From Haplodiscus bocki (taxonomy: Eukaryota): a DNA stretch of 64,000 nucleotides. Of the stretch, positions 13,401 through 28,400 are shown piece by piece. Each line of letters begins with the position of its first letter. Position 1 is the first letter of the stretch. The translations under genes were made by a program, and so were the position numbers. Below the pieces are notes generated by a model. The model had not been told where the DNA came from and searched no databases. It saw only the letters and a program-made list of their open reading frames with translations. The stretch covers positions 124,868,001 through 124,932,000 of the forward strand of contig OZ296650.1 in NCBI GenBank assembly GCA_965655095.1, written 5' to 3'.

Positions 13401-16400
13401 ATTGTTTTCCATTATGGTTTTGGTGTTAGCGGTATTTGTAAACCTTGTACTTGCATGTTTAGTTGGAGCCGAAGGTGTAGAATAACCCTTTTGAGAGGAA
13501 TTATCAAGACCACGGTATTTTCAGGTAAAGTTTGGGTTTATTATAATATAGAAGGAAGGTTTAATTGCTTTCAAATCGCATTGCCAAAGGCTATCCAGTA
13601 GTGTAGTACAATTTGGGGAACTGAAGCCACAATTTGTCAGTGAGTTTGAGTTTGGAAGAGAACGGTTTTTTTTAAAAAAGTGCTTTGGTTTTATGTAATG
13701 CGATACCAACGTTCAGTAGTTTTTCAATGTAGTTCTTGGCTATTTAACTCCCGTGAATGAATCGTGTAGTTGATATTTTTAACTGTCGGAAACCGCGTTC
13801 CTTGATATGAATTGGAAAGAACACTGCAATTTTCAACAAGCATTTTGCTTATCGCCATTGAGAGTTGCCTTGAATTTTCACAGAAGATGGCTTTTTTTGC
13901 TCCCCAAGACTAGTATATCAAATGTTTAGTTGCAGGTATAGCAGAACCCTTTTGACATGATTTTGTTAACCAAGGCATTTTCAGACAGAACTTTAATTTT
14001 CCCGTTTTAAATTATCAGCGTTTAATTGCTACCAATGGCATCTGGGATTTCCCGAGCCAATGCAATACAAGTTATATTGACTTCGGATTTCCAATCGTTT
14101 TCCAGTTTTTGGACTCACCCACAAACATATAAAGGAGTTCGGAGTTGTAAAAGCACCAATTTGATGTGAGTTTATGGAAGAGCGCCTTTTTGAAAGTCTT
14201 TTGGTTCGAAGTGTTGTGACACTAACCTTTCATTGTTTTTCCAATATGATTTTCTACACCCACTTATTCATGAAACGGTTAGTTTGGTTGGGTCCCTTTA
14301 ATTTCATTTCGGAATTTTCAGAGTTTTGGGTTTTGAACATTTTTAGACTGCCATTTAGTTGTTTTGCAGTACGGTTTAGGAATCGCCCACCGTTATGCAT
14401 CAAATGTTAAACCGAGTTCGGAGACCCAAAATTATCTCTTCTGATGTGAGTTTGCTAAACCACGGTTTTCCAGGATGTTTTTTGGTTTTAGGCATTGTAA
14501 GATTACCATTCAAGTGTTGACCATCGCCGTTTTTGGAGTCGCTGGCTTTTATGAATTTTCCCGCCCTTATGTAAAAATGGAAGGTAAATCATTCAGACTT
14601 ATCTGAAATTGAACGTTTTTCTTTACGTTTTGCCAATAGATAATGTCCAACTGGACGCTAGTGTCCGATTTCGAGTTGGAACGTTTTCCATCCGTACATT
14701 GCGACTGAAATATTAAGATTTCTCGAAACGCACGAAAATTGGGTTTTTGAAAAAAGATGGTTTTTGTTCTCAGAACTTGTATGATTACTGTCAATGTAAA
14801 AGCTTTTGTCATATAATGGATAGCTCGCAAACAGTTGTCCAAATTATTCAAGGGAGCGTTTGTAGAACTGCCAAATCTACGTAGAAATTTTGCAATGCCA
14901 ACGAAAATTGACAGTTGGTTTACTTACTGGGTACTTAGTCAACAAAATTCAGTTTCGGTTGAACTTGTACTTTGAATTCTTTGCTTAGAAAATTTTCGGT
15001 TTGGGAGTCAAAAATTGCATTTAACCCCCCCTTTCCTTACTACTCACAACATTCTTGTACTTCGTCAAAACATCAAGAGAGCGAGTAGTCGACGTAGTGC
15101 TAAATGTACAAAATGCAAGGGCAGTTTTTTCAAGAAAAACTAGTTTCAACGAACGACGCATGGAGAAACTTTTTTCATGGAGCATTTATTCTCGAGGGTA
15201 AAAGAACGAAGGTTATTACCTCTGCTCCATGGCAGAAATTCCAGGTACTGGGTAGTTGAATCAACACTAGATGGACACAAACCGACCGCTGGTCGTAAAA
15301 AATGAACGAAAGATGCAGGTAAAAACATTTTTAATTTTCCAATTGTAAACGTCTTTAGCCAGAAAACAAAAAGAATCCTTGTGCCACTTGAGAGAAATTC
15401 AGCCTCTGAGTGATGAAATCAGTGCTGGAAAGACAGAATCCGACCACCAGTTTCAGAAAAAATCATTACAAACGAATGAATCCCATAAAAATCTAACTGT
15501 AATTCCATTCAAAAGTTGCAATTTTTCGCAAGAAATGTGGGAAACAGGCTGTCCGTCCCAATCCAAGTTATACAATTGTTTCTAGTTGATGTATATATAA
15601 CCAACTAGCTTTCAGCGAAAATTGTCAACAAAGAAAACTTCCCGCGCATTCCAGACAAACAAGCCAGAAAGAAGTCTAACAGTTCAAGCCACTTCGTACC
15701 GGACAAAAAAAAATACATCAACCGTAAAACAATTGCTTCGCTCGTTATGCTCGACTCGCAAGTGTAAACAGAAGTGAAACGGAGCCCCTTAAAACTGGAA
15801 ACCTGAAAGAGTTCAACTCTTTGACAACTGGAAACATCAGCGTGGCAAAGAAACACAGGAAAGCTTAAACTTCTGAGAACATCCAAAAGTATGAAAACTA
15901 TTTTCGAGACTTTCTCAGAAATATTGAGCGGCGATACAAAATCATGCAGATTCGGATAAGGAAGCGATTCTTCAAAACGCCAGAACTTCCAATAGGGTAA
16001 GAATTTTGCGAAACATTGGAAAAGACAAAAAGTTTCATGAAAAACGAAATTGAAGTTCTTCTGAGTTCCAAACACTAATCTCAGATAACTGGGAAGAAAA
16101 AAGTACAAAAAAAGCGATCGCTATGCGATAACTGAGAGGAATAAAGAACAATAAAGCAATCGCTAACACTTAACACCTCAATTTGGCCACCAGCCGTGAA
16201 ATTGATTTGGTAGTTGTTGCACCATTGGTCGTATTCTGTGAGGAAGATCTCCCGATGCAAGACGCAAGTGGAATCAAAATCTACTTTCCACTCAAAAACT
16301 CAGTTACATCCGTGGAAAAATGAGGAACAGGCCAATTCGGATGCATACCAGAAATTCTACGTTGAGAGTGCTTCGCAATGCTCATAAGATGCTCCCATGC

Positions 16401-19400
16401 CGGAATTTCATCATTCAGATTAACACTTTCAGAAGACGATCCAACTCTAAATTTAGAAATGCAAGTCCATTTAGGAAGCAGAAAACTGCAGTAGTGAGCC
16501 TCTGTCACTCAGAGGTGTCATAAAATATGCAAAAAAATCGATTGAGACTCACTGGATGAACAGCTTTGATATTATGTCGAAAATTAGAACTTATCATCAA
16601 CAATGTTTCCGGGTGTTTTGTCAACAAAGAAGCAGCTTCAAGATCGATTTTAAACCCAAAGAAAATGAAACAGGTCAAGCATTAACTCAGAGATTTCATC
16701 CATGGGGTTGGCTGATGAATATGCAATGGATGTCAAACGAGAAGATACACTGGAGGAAAATAGATTTGGAAAAAAAACCAAAAAATTTCGGAATTTAGGT
16801 TACAAGTAAAGAAATTTCTTGCAAGAGGACCCAATTTTTCCACGAAAAAAAAACGTGTCACTTAGAAAATCCTTTACGAAACTGATGCCGGTAACTGAGC
16901 AGTGGAGAGTATTGATAGATGTAGCAAAGGTGAGTTTCCTACCAAAAATAGATTCTCTCGGGTATTTCAGCCAAAAAAACACCTGAGGCCGATTTTCGAA
17001 ACTTGGCGCTTCTGATGAAATTGTGCATGCTAAAAGGAACAAATTGACGCAAGAACATTAAGATGAAAAGTAGAGGGCAGAAACGTGCCCAGGAACAATT
17101 GCGCAATAAGTTCGAGGTGTAAACTATACGACAAAAAAAACGCGAGTTGACCGTAATCAGCTGGCGTTTGCCATGTAAATGTCTCCACTTTTGAACAAAC
17201 GGTGGTCTAAAAACTCCGGCCGTGTAAAGGGTAGGACGGAAGGCTTGTTAGCCATAGATAAGGGTTAGAGACTAAGCAAGTCAATTTTTTTTGAGAAAGC
17301 GTCCCATCTTTGCGTTATTTCTTGGTAGTATTGTAGAACCTGTTTATGAATGTCTCCTTATACATTTCAAGCATTACGGGCAGCGCCCACTTTGGCGTTC
17401 GGGGTGTGTCTGTTCAAGGAAAGGCCCTACTTTTCTGTATGTGGCTCAATGCCGTATTTACGGTATTTTCGGCTATGCGTAAAAAATTCAATGCTACGCT
17501 GCTCTGAGGATACAATTCAGAAGTGTTCGAGAGACTTCAGACGGTAACAAGTCGGGAGCCGTCTCATACGTGGTTGCCACCATTCGCGGGGACCCTTTGC
17601 TGTTCACTTTATTTATTTTTGCTCGTTTGTTCGTCTGCTTAACACATAAATGGATGCTCTCCTGAAAACCTAGTTCACTGTTTCCCAGCTATGTCACAAA
17701 TCTGAGATTATTCGAGCAGCCAAAAGAAATGAAACAGCCTGTGGCGAAATCTTAGCTAATTGGAACGACATTATAATTAAAGTGTAAAAGAAAAAATAGT
17801 TTCCGCCCATATTTAAATATGGAAGGAAAAATCATCCACTCCACGCGAACGTTTTTTTACGTTTACTTGCCAATTGCACAAGATTTGGGCCATTGTGACT
17901 TTGAAATTTTTATACCACCAAATTATAGCAAATTTGCCGTAGATTGCGACTGAAAGACTACGGTTTTCAAATACGTACGGAATTTGGGTTTTTAGGAAAG
18001 TTGGGGTTTGTAGGAAAAAAAATGATTTAATATCAAAATCGCTAAAGCTTGCTAATTTGTTGCAGATTTCTATATAATGACATTATTTCTCAAAAAAGGT
18101 TTTTTTCCACCTAAATTGAGCTTTTTTCTCAAACAAATCAGAAAACTTTTAAATTTAAATCAGAAAAATGAAAATAGAAATTTTCCCGAAGCAGAGTGTT
18201 TATCAGAAAAAACACTTTCAATCTTTTAAAAAGCATCTTTATAAGGTCTAGGCAAGTTGTAGGGTGAAAAATATGCTAGTGGTAGCTGTCCACCTTGTTC
18301 TATAGTAGATTTTAGATCTCTTTATTTCGGTCATGCAACACAAGAACCATTCAATGAATTTAATTTGTTTATGCACCTCAACTGTGATGAGGCAAACAAG
18401 AGGCGCAGTCGTACGGCGACATTTCCGTCAAGGTGGCGAATAAAAAATTGATCGAACTTACAACAAATCACTTTTACAAATAACACAAAAACGACAAGAA
18501 ACATCTCGTCGGAGACATTGTCCAAGAATTCAAGCCGATAGCTTTGGAGAATTATGAGTTTGAATATCGACAAAATAAGAATGCTAATTGACTTTTTTTC
18601 GCATCTTCAGCCTATCAATATTCCAATCTAAGGGACAAAATCTAAGACTGTTTCATCTGAGAAACATTCAAAACCATACCAACATCAATTCAGACTTTGG
18701 TAGAAGAATTCAAATCTGTAGTTTTTAAGAAGGAAGAGTTGGAATATCGAGACATCTCGAAACTAAAAGCACTTTTGCCACTTCTCGTCAATCACGGACT
18801 CTAAAAATGATGTAACGGACCATTTCGATGATTTTCAGAAACGACTAGTCAGCCTCAAGTGAAAAGCGATCGATTGACACCTTGATGGAAAAATGGAACA
18901 AGTAGAGCTCAAGATATATGAGTTTGAAAAACGAAGCATTGAGACAAACAGGACTCTCTGGCATTCCTGGTCCATCGGGATTCCACAGAAAAGACAAAAG
19001 TCAATACTTTCGAATGAAAAAGTTCAACACCAAAAAAAATAAATTAAGATCGTCAAGGAAGAAATCAAGTCACTGGTTAAGGAGAAATATGAGTTGGAAT
19101 ATAGAAAAAATGTCAAAACTGATAGCAGTTGTTTGACATTTTCGAACTATGATATATCCAACGCAGAAATAAAATCCAAGCATTTCAATTCAAAACTCCT
19201 CCATAACCGAAAGTCTGTCCGATGAAAACTTGATGACAGAAATTAAGCTGGTAGTTACGGAGAAACAGTTTGAATCTCGTGGTGAATCAAAATGAATAGC
19301 TCATTTTGCAACCTTCAACCTATCAGAACTCGTTTCCAAGGAACGAAAGAAACGACTTCTTTTCAAATTCTTCACCACAGTGTAAATCGTTTGATTGAGA

Positions 19401-22400
19401 CCTCGTTATAAAAAACGAACCTGTGGTTACGGAGGAATATGAGATTGAGTATGGAAATCAATCAAAATTATTAGCACAATTGGAATGTTCGGACCATCAG
19501 AAAACATCAGAATCCTGATGCAAGGATCAATACGAAGATTTTTTGGTAGCAGATTCTCGCACACTTTTGAAGCTTTCGGTTGAGAACTTGCTGAAGGAAG
19601 TCACGTCGGTATTTACGGAGAAAGATGAGTTTGAATATCAAGTTGAATCAACATCAAACACACTTTTTGAGATATTCGGACTATCAGGATTGTTATGCAA
19701 GACAAAAATCCGTAACTTGTCAAAAACATAGTTTGCAACAAGCCAGAAGTTCTCAATTGGGACCTTGATTGAAACCTGCACAATGTGGAAGCGAAAGTAT
19801 GCAATGCTGACTGCAAAAACATGGATTAACGATTTCCAGTGAAATTCAAAAATAAAAGTTTTTCATTCGAGGAAGTATTGCTCAAAACTTTGTATGGAGC
19901 AAATGCTGTAGGCGTTGACGAAAGTCAGCTCATTGATGAATTCGCATCATGTTGTGAAAATATGACCCATCAAAAACGCACAATTTTGATTGCAGCACTC
20001 TTGGGCGACCACAAACTTAATGGCTTCAAGGAGATCCTGAACCTTCGGTCGAAAACGGAGAGAATAGTTGAAATTGTTGAAGGCCGACTGTGACTTTCGT
20101 CTGGCCAAAAGTGCCAACTTCACCAAACGCAGGAACAAAGGTCTACCCTTGAACATACACAGTGAGCAAAAAAAGTTTTGTGTTTCTTGTAGAAGGTGCT
20201 TATTCAGTATGGAATAACCACGATGGAGTATTGCTGAAAAACTTCGTTTGCACACTTCTCCTGAAATTGCATTTTTTGACTTGCCATAAATTTGCAGTGT
20301 TTTCAGACAGACATCAATTGAGCGAATCTTCAATCCAAAGGTTTGATCCAATCAAATAAATTATGTCAGTCGAGCGGCTGAAAAACTTTGTCCCCGCGCT
20401 TCCACTACATTTATCGCTGGAGCCTCCACCTGATTTAGCGAAAGTATTTTCTTCAATTTTCGACTTGAGCCTTGCCCAGACGATATGATGTTCGCTGCGC
20501 AATAGTTAGAAACAAACATGGCAGTCCCAATTCTCGATCTGACTCATCTTTTGAGGGTACTGTAAAAGAGTGTGGCGAATGCACCTGATAATAAAACTTA
20601 CAACAAGCAATCGCGGTTTCGACCTTTAGTTATTAGCAAAATTTCTCCGACAGAACAGAAACCGTGATTTTGACAAAAAACGGCATTAAAACGAAATTGA
20701 TTTTGAGGAGCCTCAATCAATTGGACTAAGGGACACTGTAGGCGTAAGCAACTATGCTTTACTATCTGCTTAGTTTCAAGGCAACGATATCATCTCGGAC
20801 TAAAAACAAGGAGCAGTGATTCAAACGCAGTGAAGCCCATTCGATAGGTGGCATGAGAGGATCCCTCATGGCCATGGCTAGAGTGTTGAATTTTGGCTCT
20901 GCGAGTTTCAAAAGTATCTGCTCACATTGCTTTTGCCCAGTTGTAGAACCTTCAGACATGAATTGAAAGTTAATGAAAAAGACATCCAGTGTCTGCAGTG
21001 AAAAACTTCAACTATTCAGACTTCATTTTACCTACTACGCTCAAACTGAAATTGGGTTTACTTTCAAAATGTTGATTCTATAATGCAAAAAAAAGAAGGT
21101 TTTCAAAAGTTGCCCGAAAACGTATTTCGAAAGAAAACAAAAAAAAATGGCCAGCTGCATCAAAACGAAAGCCATCATTTCATAGAAGACATCTACCAAA
21201 AAGAAGTGGGCAAAGCAGAACTAGGCTAAAATTGGTTTTTCTTGAGGAAGACTGCTCATTCATTTCTTTAAGGTACTATAGTTGAGAGGTTGGCAAAGAG
21301 CGTCGCAAACTAACGTTTATGGGATCCACTCGCTGCCTCGCCCAAAGTTTGCATCGCCCTTTGTTACCCTCTGAAGTACACTACCTTTTGAAAGTTTGGG
21401 GTTTTTCAGTTTAGATAGCACTGCAGACTTCACTTCCTAAACAGAATCAGAAAGTCTCTTCCCTTGGGACTGGCAGGCAGAAATACAACGGGAACGTCCA
21501 GAGTTTTCAATTTTCAAAGTGAGGTTTGAATTTCTGCTGATTGAAGCATTCACACAAACATCTAATGCATAATATCAAAATGCAGCGTTTTAATTGGAGC
21601 GGGCATTTTCATGGTCCCTGATTCATGGTTTCTCGAAGTCAAGTCTTTTTTAATTTTCATTCCCTAAATCGCTATTCAGAACCTAAAAATCTGAGTATGC
21701 TCCTTATTTTGAAGAGCTTTGATGTGGAAGAATAGAGGTGAATTTAGAAGAAGACCGAGAAACAGCTGGAGATTTGAAAACAGAATTGCTGGCGATGACT
21801 TTTTAGGAGCATTTTCGGGATTTTGTTTCAACGCTTCAACAGTTTCAAGTTTTGAACTCACATTTGTGGATCTTTCAAATAAATTGAATAATTGATTAGA
21901 TTGATTTGAAATTTGAAACAGTGTGGGTAAAGTTTCGAATTTTTAGAATTTCAAACAGCGCACTTTCTTGTTTTCACTGAGACCGAGAGAACATTTGTTG
22001 TTAGTATCATACATTTGAGTTTCATCAACTAATCCATTGGTTGAAGAACAGCAGCTTGCTTTTGTGGCAACAGTGTTGAAGACTATTTTTGAGCACCTGA
22101 TTTTTATACTCAAATTGTGTTGAGAAAGCAGAAGCTAAACTTCCAGAAAACCGCCGTTTGGATATTGATTGTTCGCAACTGCCGTAGAATATTACTCGAA
22201 TGTTTTGTTGCAACGCCTCAACAGTTTCGTGTCTTGAGCATACACTTGTGGATCCTTCAGTTAAATGAAAGCATTGCTTCGTTTGATAGAAAACTTAAAA
22301 CAGTGTGGGCGAACCTTTAGAAGTTCAAACAGCGCTGTTTCTAAATTCCACAGACTTGAAGTGAATGTTTGTTATTAGTATCATACATTTCTGTTTCACC

Positions 22401-25400
22401 AAAGAAGTCACCTATCAAAATAAAACAGCAGTTTGCATCGCTAACAACAGTATTAAAACTTTTTTCAGCAACCTAATTTCCAGACTCGAACAGTGTTGGG
22501 AATGGAAAAGCGAAATCTCCAGAAGACCGCTGTTTTGGTGTAGGATTGTTCATAACTCTGGAAAATGGTGCTTCGTATAAAAGTTTTTTGTCCAAATTTT
22601 TTTTGTTGTAGAAGCTGAGTGAACAACCTTTTCTAGGTTTTTTCCCACTTTTGTGGTACTTCGCTGGGAACACTTTCTCATGAACAGAATGAGAACTTGC
22701 CGAGAAATGCAAGTCTTTGCGAAGAGTTGGAATAGATTTGGACAGGATTTCTACTCTTGTGTGTTTAGATGCAAACATCACTTCTTAAATTACTTTCGTT
22801 CGGTGGTTGTAATTTTTTGCGAGAACAGATTTCTGAACGAGGGTTGGCTGAGTGAGGATTTCATTTTGTTGCTTGAAATTTTGTTTTCCAGCTCACTTTG
22901 TTTTGTACATCAAATTTTCAGTTGATAAAGGATGTATACAACCACCGTTTTTGATGTCGTTTTAAAAAAAACAAAGGTTTCCTTGGATATTTCAACAGTT
23001 TGCAGTGAACTTTTTGCTGTTTTGAAATTAGCTGTTGGATTGCTGAACATTTGTACATTAAACGTTATTACAGTTTGGAAACCTGAAACACAATTTTGTT
23101 GTGAGTTTGGAACAGAATGGCCTTTGCAGAAAATCTTGCTTTTAGCTAACGTGAAATTTTGGATTGCTCTCACTCCGTTGTTCGGGCTCAACCGATGAGG
23201 CAGTACTTTATTTCATTTACGTTTGGAAGTTTGAATTCGAATTTTTTTTCATGTCAATTTCTGGAAATTGCAGTTTTTTTCCAGAATGTCTTTGGGTTCA
23301 AGTGGATGCCTAATTTACGTCCAATTATTTTCCCGACGTAGTTTTTGCACTCGTCCAAAACTTCAACTTTGATATACAGTTGCGCTCGCTGGAAATATAA
23401 CCATATCTGTTGCGACATGCAGGGGTGGGGCCTTGTGAGAACGACTTGGGTTTAAAGTAACGTGAGACTAAATTGAGTGTTTCATAACATGGTTTTGACC
23501 TCACCTCGACTTGTACAACAAACGTTTGATTTGACCTAAACTACGTTTTTTGATGTGCATTTGCAAAAATGCACCATTTCCAGGACTTTGATTTTCCGAC
23601 TTCATGCACTTGTGCTCAATTATTTTTCAATATGGCTTGCGGACTCATTTAGACTTGTGCGTCATTTGTTTAGGTATTGTCAGAGCTCTAGAACAATCTT
23701 TTGATGAGAAGTTGCAAGAGAAAAGCAGTTTCAGACAGACTTTGTGATTTCCGTAATTCAAGAGTAACCTTTCTTTGCTATCAATTCAATTTTTGGCCTT
23801 TGCAAGGCTGTACATTGAAAGTTTATTTTAATTCAGACAACTAAAAACACCTTCTAGGTTGGGATTTTGCCAAAGCATGGCGTTTTCTGAAGGGAAACTG
23901 GTTTTATTCGATGTGAGGTTAAAAGCGAATTGTTTTACAATATGGCTTGCTCGGGATTGCTCGGAGTTGTTGGAATTTTCCTAAATTGTTTCCCAAGATC
24001 GTTTGTGAGCTCATTCAGAATTGTAGGTCAATGGTTTACCTAAGATCAGAGCTTCAGAACAACCTTTTAATGTAAAGTTGCAGAAGAAAGGCGTTTTCAG
24101 ACAGACTTGTGTTCTCCACAATTCAAGAGTCACCTTTCATGTTTCATTGCTTTCACTTTACTTTTGGGCCTTTGAAAGGCTATACATCGATAGTTTAGTT
24201 TAGTTCAGACGACTAAAAACAAACACCTTCTCGCTTGGGATTTTGCCAAAGCATGGCGTTTTTGGGGGACTTTCGTTTTTTATAAAATCAAGCTAACGGT
24301 CAATTGTTTTCCATTACAGTTTTGGTGATAGCGGTATTTGTACACCTTGTACTTGCATGTTTAGTTGGAGCCGAAGATGTAGAATAACCCTTTTGAGAGG
24401 AATTATCAAGACCACGGCATTTTCAGGTAAAGTTTGTGTTTATTATAATATAGAAGGAATGTTTAATTGCTTTCAAATCGCATTGCCAAAGGCTATCCAG
24501 TAGTGTAGTACAATTTGGGGAACTGAAGCCACAATTTGTCAGTGAGTTTGAGTTTGGAAGAGAACGGTTTTTTTTTAAAAAAGTGCTTTGGTTTTATGTA
24601 ATGCGATACCAACGTTCAGTAGTTTTTCAATGTAGTTCTTGGCTATTTAACTCCCGTGAATGAATCGTGTAGTTGATATTTTTAACTGTCCGAAACTGCG
24701 TTCCTTGATATGAATTGGAAAGAACATTGCAATTTTCAACAAGCATTTTGCTTATCGCCATTGAGAGTTGCCTTGAATTTTCACAGAAGATGGCTTTTTT
24801 GCTCCCCAAGACTAGTATATCAAATGTTTAGTTGCAGGTATAGCAGAACCCTTTTGACATGATTTTGTTAACCAAGGCATTTTCAGACAGAACTTTAATT
24901 TTCCCGTTTTAAAGTATCAGCGTTTAATTGCTACCAATGGCATCTGGGATTTCCCGAGCCAATGCAATACAAGTTATATTGACTTCGGATTTCCAATCGT
25001 TTTCCAGTTTTTGGACTCACCCACAAACATATAAAGGAGTTCGGAGTTGTAAAAGCACGAATTTGATGTGAGTTTATGGAAGAGCGTCTTTTTCAAAGTC
25101 TTTTGGTTCGAAGTGTTGTGACACTAACCTTTCATTGTTTTTCCTATATGATTTTCGACACCCACTTATTCATGAAACGGTTAGTTTGGTTGGGTCCTTT
25201 TAATTCCAGTTCCGAATTTTCAGAGTTTTGGGTTTTGAACATTTTTAGACTGCCATTTAGTAGTTTTGCAGTACGGTTTTGGAATCGCCCACTGTTATGC
25301 ATCAAATGTTAAACCGAGTTCGGAGACCCAAAATTATTTCTTCTGATGTGAGTTTGCTAAACCACGGTTTTTGTGGGATGTTTTTTGGTTTTAGGCATTG

Positions 25401-28400
25401 TAAGATTACCATTCAAGTGTTGACCATCGCGGTTTTTGGACTCGCTGGCTTTTATTAATTTTCCCGCCCATATGTAAAAATGGAAGGTAAATCATTCACC
25501 CAAATCTGAAAATGAACGTTTTTTTTTTACGTTTTGCCAATAGATAATGTCCAACTTGACGCTAGTGTCCGATTTCGAGTTGGAACGTTTTCCATCCGTA
25601 CATTGCTACTGAAATATTAAGATTTCTCGAAACGCACGAAAATTGGGTTTTTCAAAAAAGATGGTTTTTGTTCTCAAAACTTGTATGATTACTGTCAATG
25701 TAAAAGCTTTTGTCATATAATGGACAGCTCGCAAACAGTTGTCAAAATTATTCAAGGGAGCGTTTGTAGAACTGCCAAATCTACGTAGAAATTTTGCAAT
25801 GCCAACGAATATTGACAGTTGGTTTACTTACTGTGTACTTAGTCATCAAACTTCAGTTTCGGTTGAATTTGTACTTTGAACTCTTTGCTTAGAAAATTTT
25901 CGGTTTGGGAGTCAAAAATTGCATTTAACCCCCCCTTTCCTTACTACTCCTACCATTCTTGTATTTCGTCAAAACATCAAGATATCGAGTAGTCGACGTA
26001 GTGCTAAATGTACAAAATGCAAGGGCAGTTTTTTCAAGAAAAACTAGTTTCAACGAACGACGCATGGAGAAACTTTTTTCATGGAGCCATTATTCTCGAG
26101 GGTAAAAGAACGAAGGTTATTACCTCTGCTCCATGGCAGAAATTCCAGGTACTGGGTAGTTGAATCAACACTAGATGGACGCAAACCGACCGCTGGTCGT
26201 AAAAAATGAACGAAAGGTGCAGGTAAAAACATTTTTAATTTTCCAATTGTAAACGTTTTTAGCCAGAAAACAAAAAGAATCCTTGTGCCACTTGAGAGAA
26301 ATTCAGCCTCTGAGTGATGAAATCAGTGCTGGAAAGACAGAATCCGACCACCAGTTTCAGAGAAAATCATTACAAACGAATGACTCCCATAAAAATCTAA
26401 CTGTAATTCCATTCAAAAGTTGCAATTTTTCGCAAGAAATGTGGGAAACAGACTGTCCGTCCCAATCCAAGTTATACAATTGTTTCTAGTTGATGTATAT
26501 ATAACCAACTAGCTTTCAGCGAAAATTGTCAACAAAGAAAACTTCCCGCGCATTCCAGACAAACAAGCCAGAAAGAAGTCTAACAGTTCAAGCCACTGCG
26601 TACCGGACAAAAAAAAATACATCAACCGTAAAATAATTGCTTCGCTCGTTATGCTCGACTCGCAAGTGTAAACAGAGGTGAAACGGAGCCCATTAAAACT
26701 GGAAACCTGAAAGAGTTCAACTCTTTGACAACTGGAAACATCAGCGTGGCAAAGAAACACAGGAAAGCTTAAACTTCTGAGAACATCCAAAAGTATGAAA
26801 ACTATTTTCGAGACTTTCTCAGAAATATTGAGCGGCGATACAAAATCATGCAGATTCGGATGAGGAAGCGATTCTTCAAAACGCCAGAACTTCCAATAGG
26901 GTAAGAATTTTGCGAAACATTGGAAAAGACAAAAAGTTTCATGAAAAACGAAATTGAAGTTCTTCTGAGTTCCAAACACTAATCTCAGATAACTGGGAAG
27001 AAAAAAGTACAAAAAAGCGATCGCTATGCGATAACCGAGAGGAATAAAGAACAAAAAAGCGATCGCTAACAATTAACACCTCAATTTGGCCACCAGCCGT
27101 AAAATTGATTTGGTAGTTGTTGCACCATTGGTCGTATTCTGTGAGGAAGAACTCCCGATGCAAGACGCAAGTGGAATCAAAATCTACTTTCCACTCAAAA
27201 ATTCAGTTACATCCGTGGAAAAATGAGGAACAGGCCATTTCGGATGCATACCAGAAATTCTACGTTGAGCGTGCTTCGCAATGCTCATAAGATGCTCCCA
27301 TGCCGGAATTTCATCATTCAGATTAACACTTTCAGAAGACGATCCAACTCTAAATTTAGAAATGCAAGTCCAATTAAGAAGCAGAAAACTGCAATAGTGA
27401 GCCTCTATCAATTCAGAGGTGTCATAAAATATGCGAAAAAATCGATTGACACTCAGTGGATGAACAGCTTTGATATTATGTGGGAAATTAGAACTTATCA
27501 TCAACAATGTTTCCGGGTGTTTTGTCAACAAAGAAGCAGCTTCAAGATCGATTTTAAACCCAAAGAAAATGGAACAGGTCAAGCATTAACTCAGAGATTT
27601 CATCCAGGGGGTTGGCTGATGAATATGCAATGGATATCAATCGAGAAGATACACTCGAGGAAAATAGATTTGGAAAAAAAACCAAAAATTTTCGGAATTT
27701 AGGTTACAAGTAAAGAAATTTCTTGCAAGAGGACACAATTTTTTCCACGAAAAAAAAACGTGTCACTTAGAAAATCCTTTACGAAACTCATGCCGGTAAC
27801 TGAGCAGTGGAGAGTATTGATAGATGTAGCAAAGGTGAGTTTCCTACCAAAAATAGATTCTCTCGTGTATTTCAGCCAAAAAAACACCTGAGGCCGATTT
27901 TCGAAACTTGGCGCTTCTTATGAAAGTGTGCATGCTAAAAGGAAAAAATTGACGCAAGAACATTAAGATGAAAAGTAGAGGGCAGAAACGTGCCCAGGAA
28001 CAATTGCGCAATAAATTCTAGGTGTAAACTATACGACAAAAAAACGCGAGTTGACCGTAATAAGCTGGCGTTTGCCATGTAATTGTCTCCACTTTTGAAC
28101 GAACGGTGGTCTAAAAACTCCGGCCGTGTAAAGGGTAGGACGGAAGGCTTGTTAGGCATAGATAAGGGTTAGAGACTAAGCAAGTCAATTTTTTTTGAGA
28201 AAGCGTCCCATCTTTGCGTTATTTCTTGGTAGTATTGTAGAACCTGTTTATGAATGTCTCCTTATACATTTCAAGCATTACGGGCAGCGCCCACTTTGGC
28301 GTTCGGGGTGTGTCTGTTCAAGGAAAGGCCCTACTTTTCTGTATGTGGCTCAATGCCGTATTTACGGTATTTTCGGCTATGCGTAAATAATTCAATGCTA

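Noticed and set aside
16110-16170. Twice-repeated palindrome AGC(G/A)ATCGCT ~43 bp apart in each unit
   Set aside because: Explained by a small local duplication; no evidence of function.
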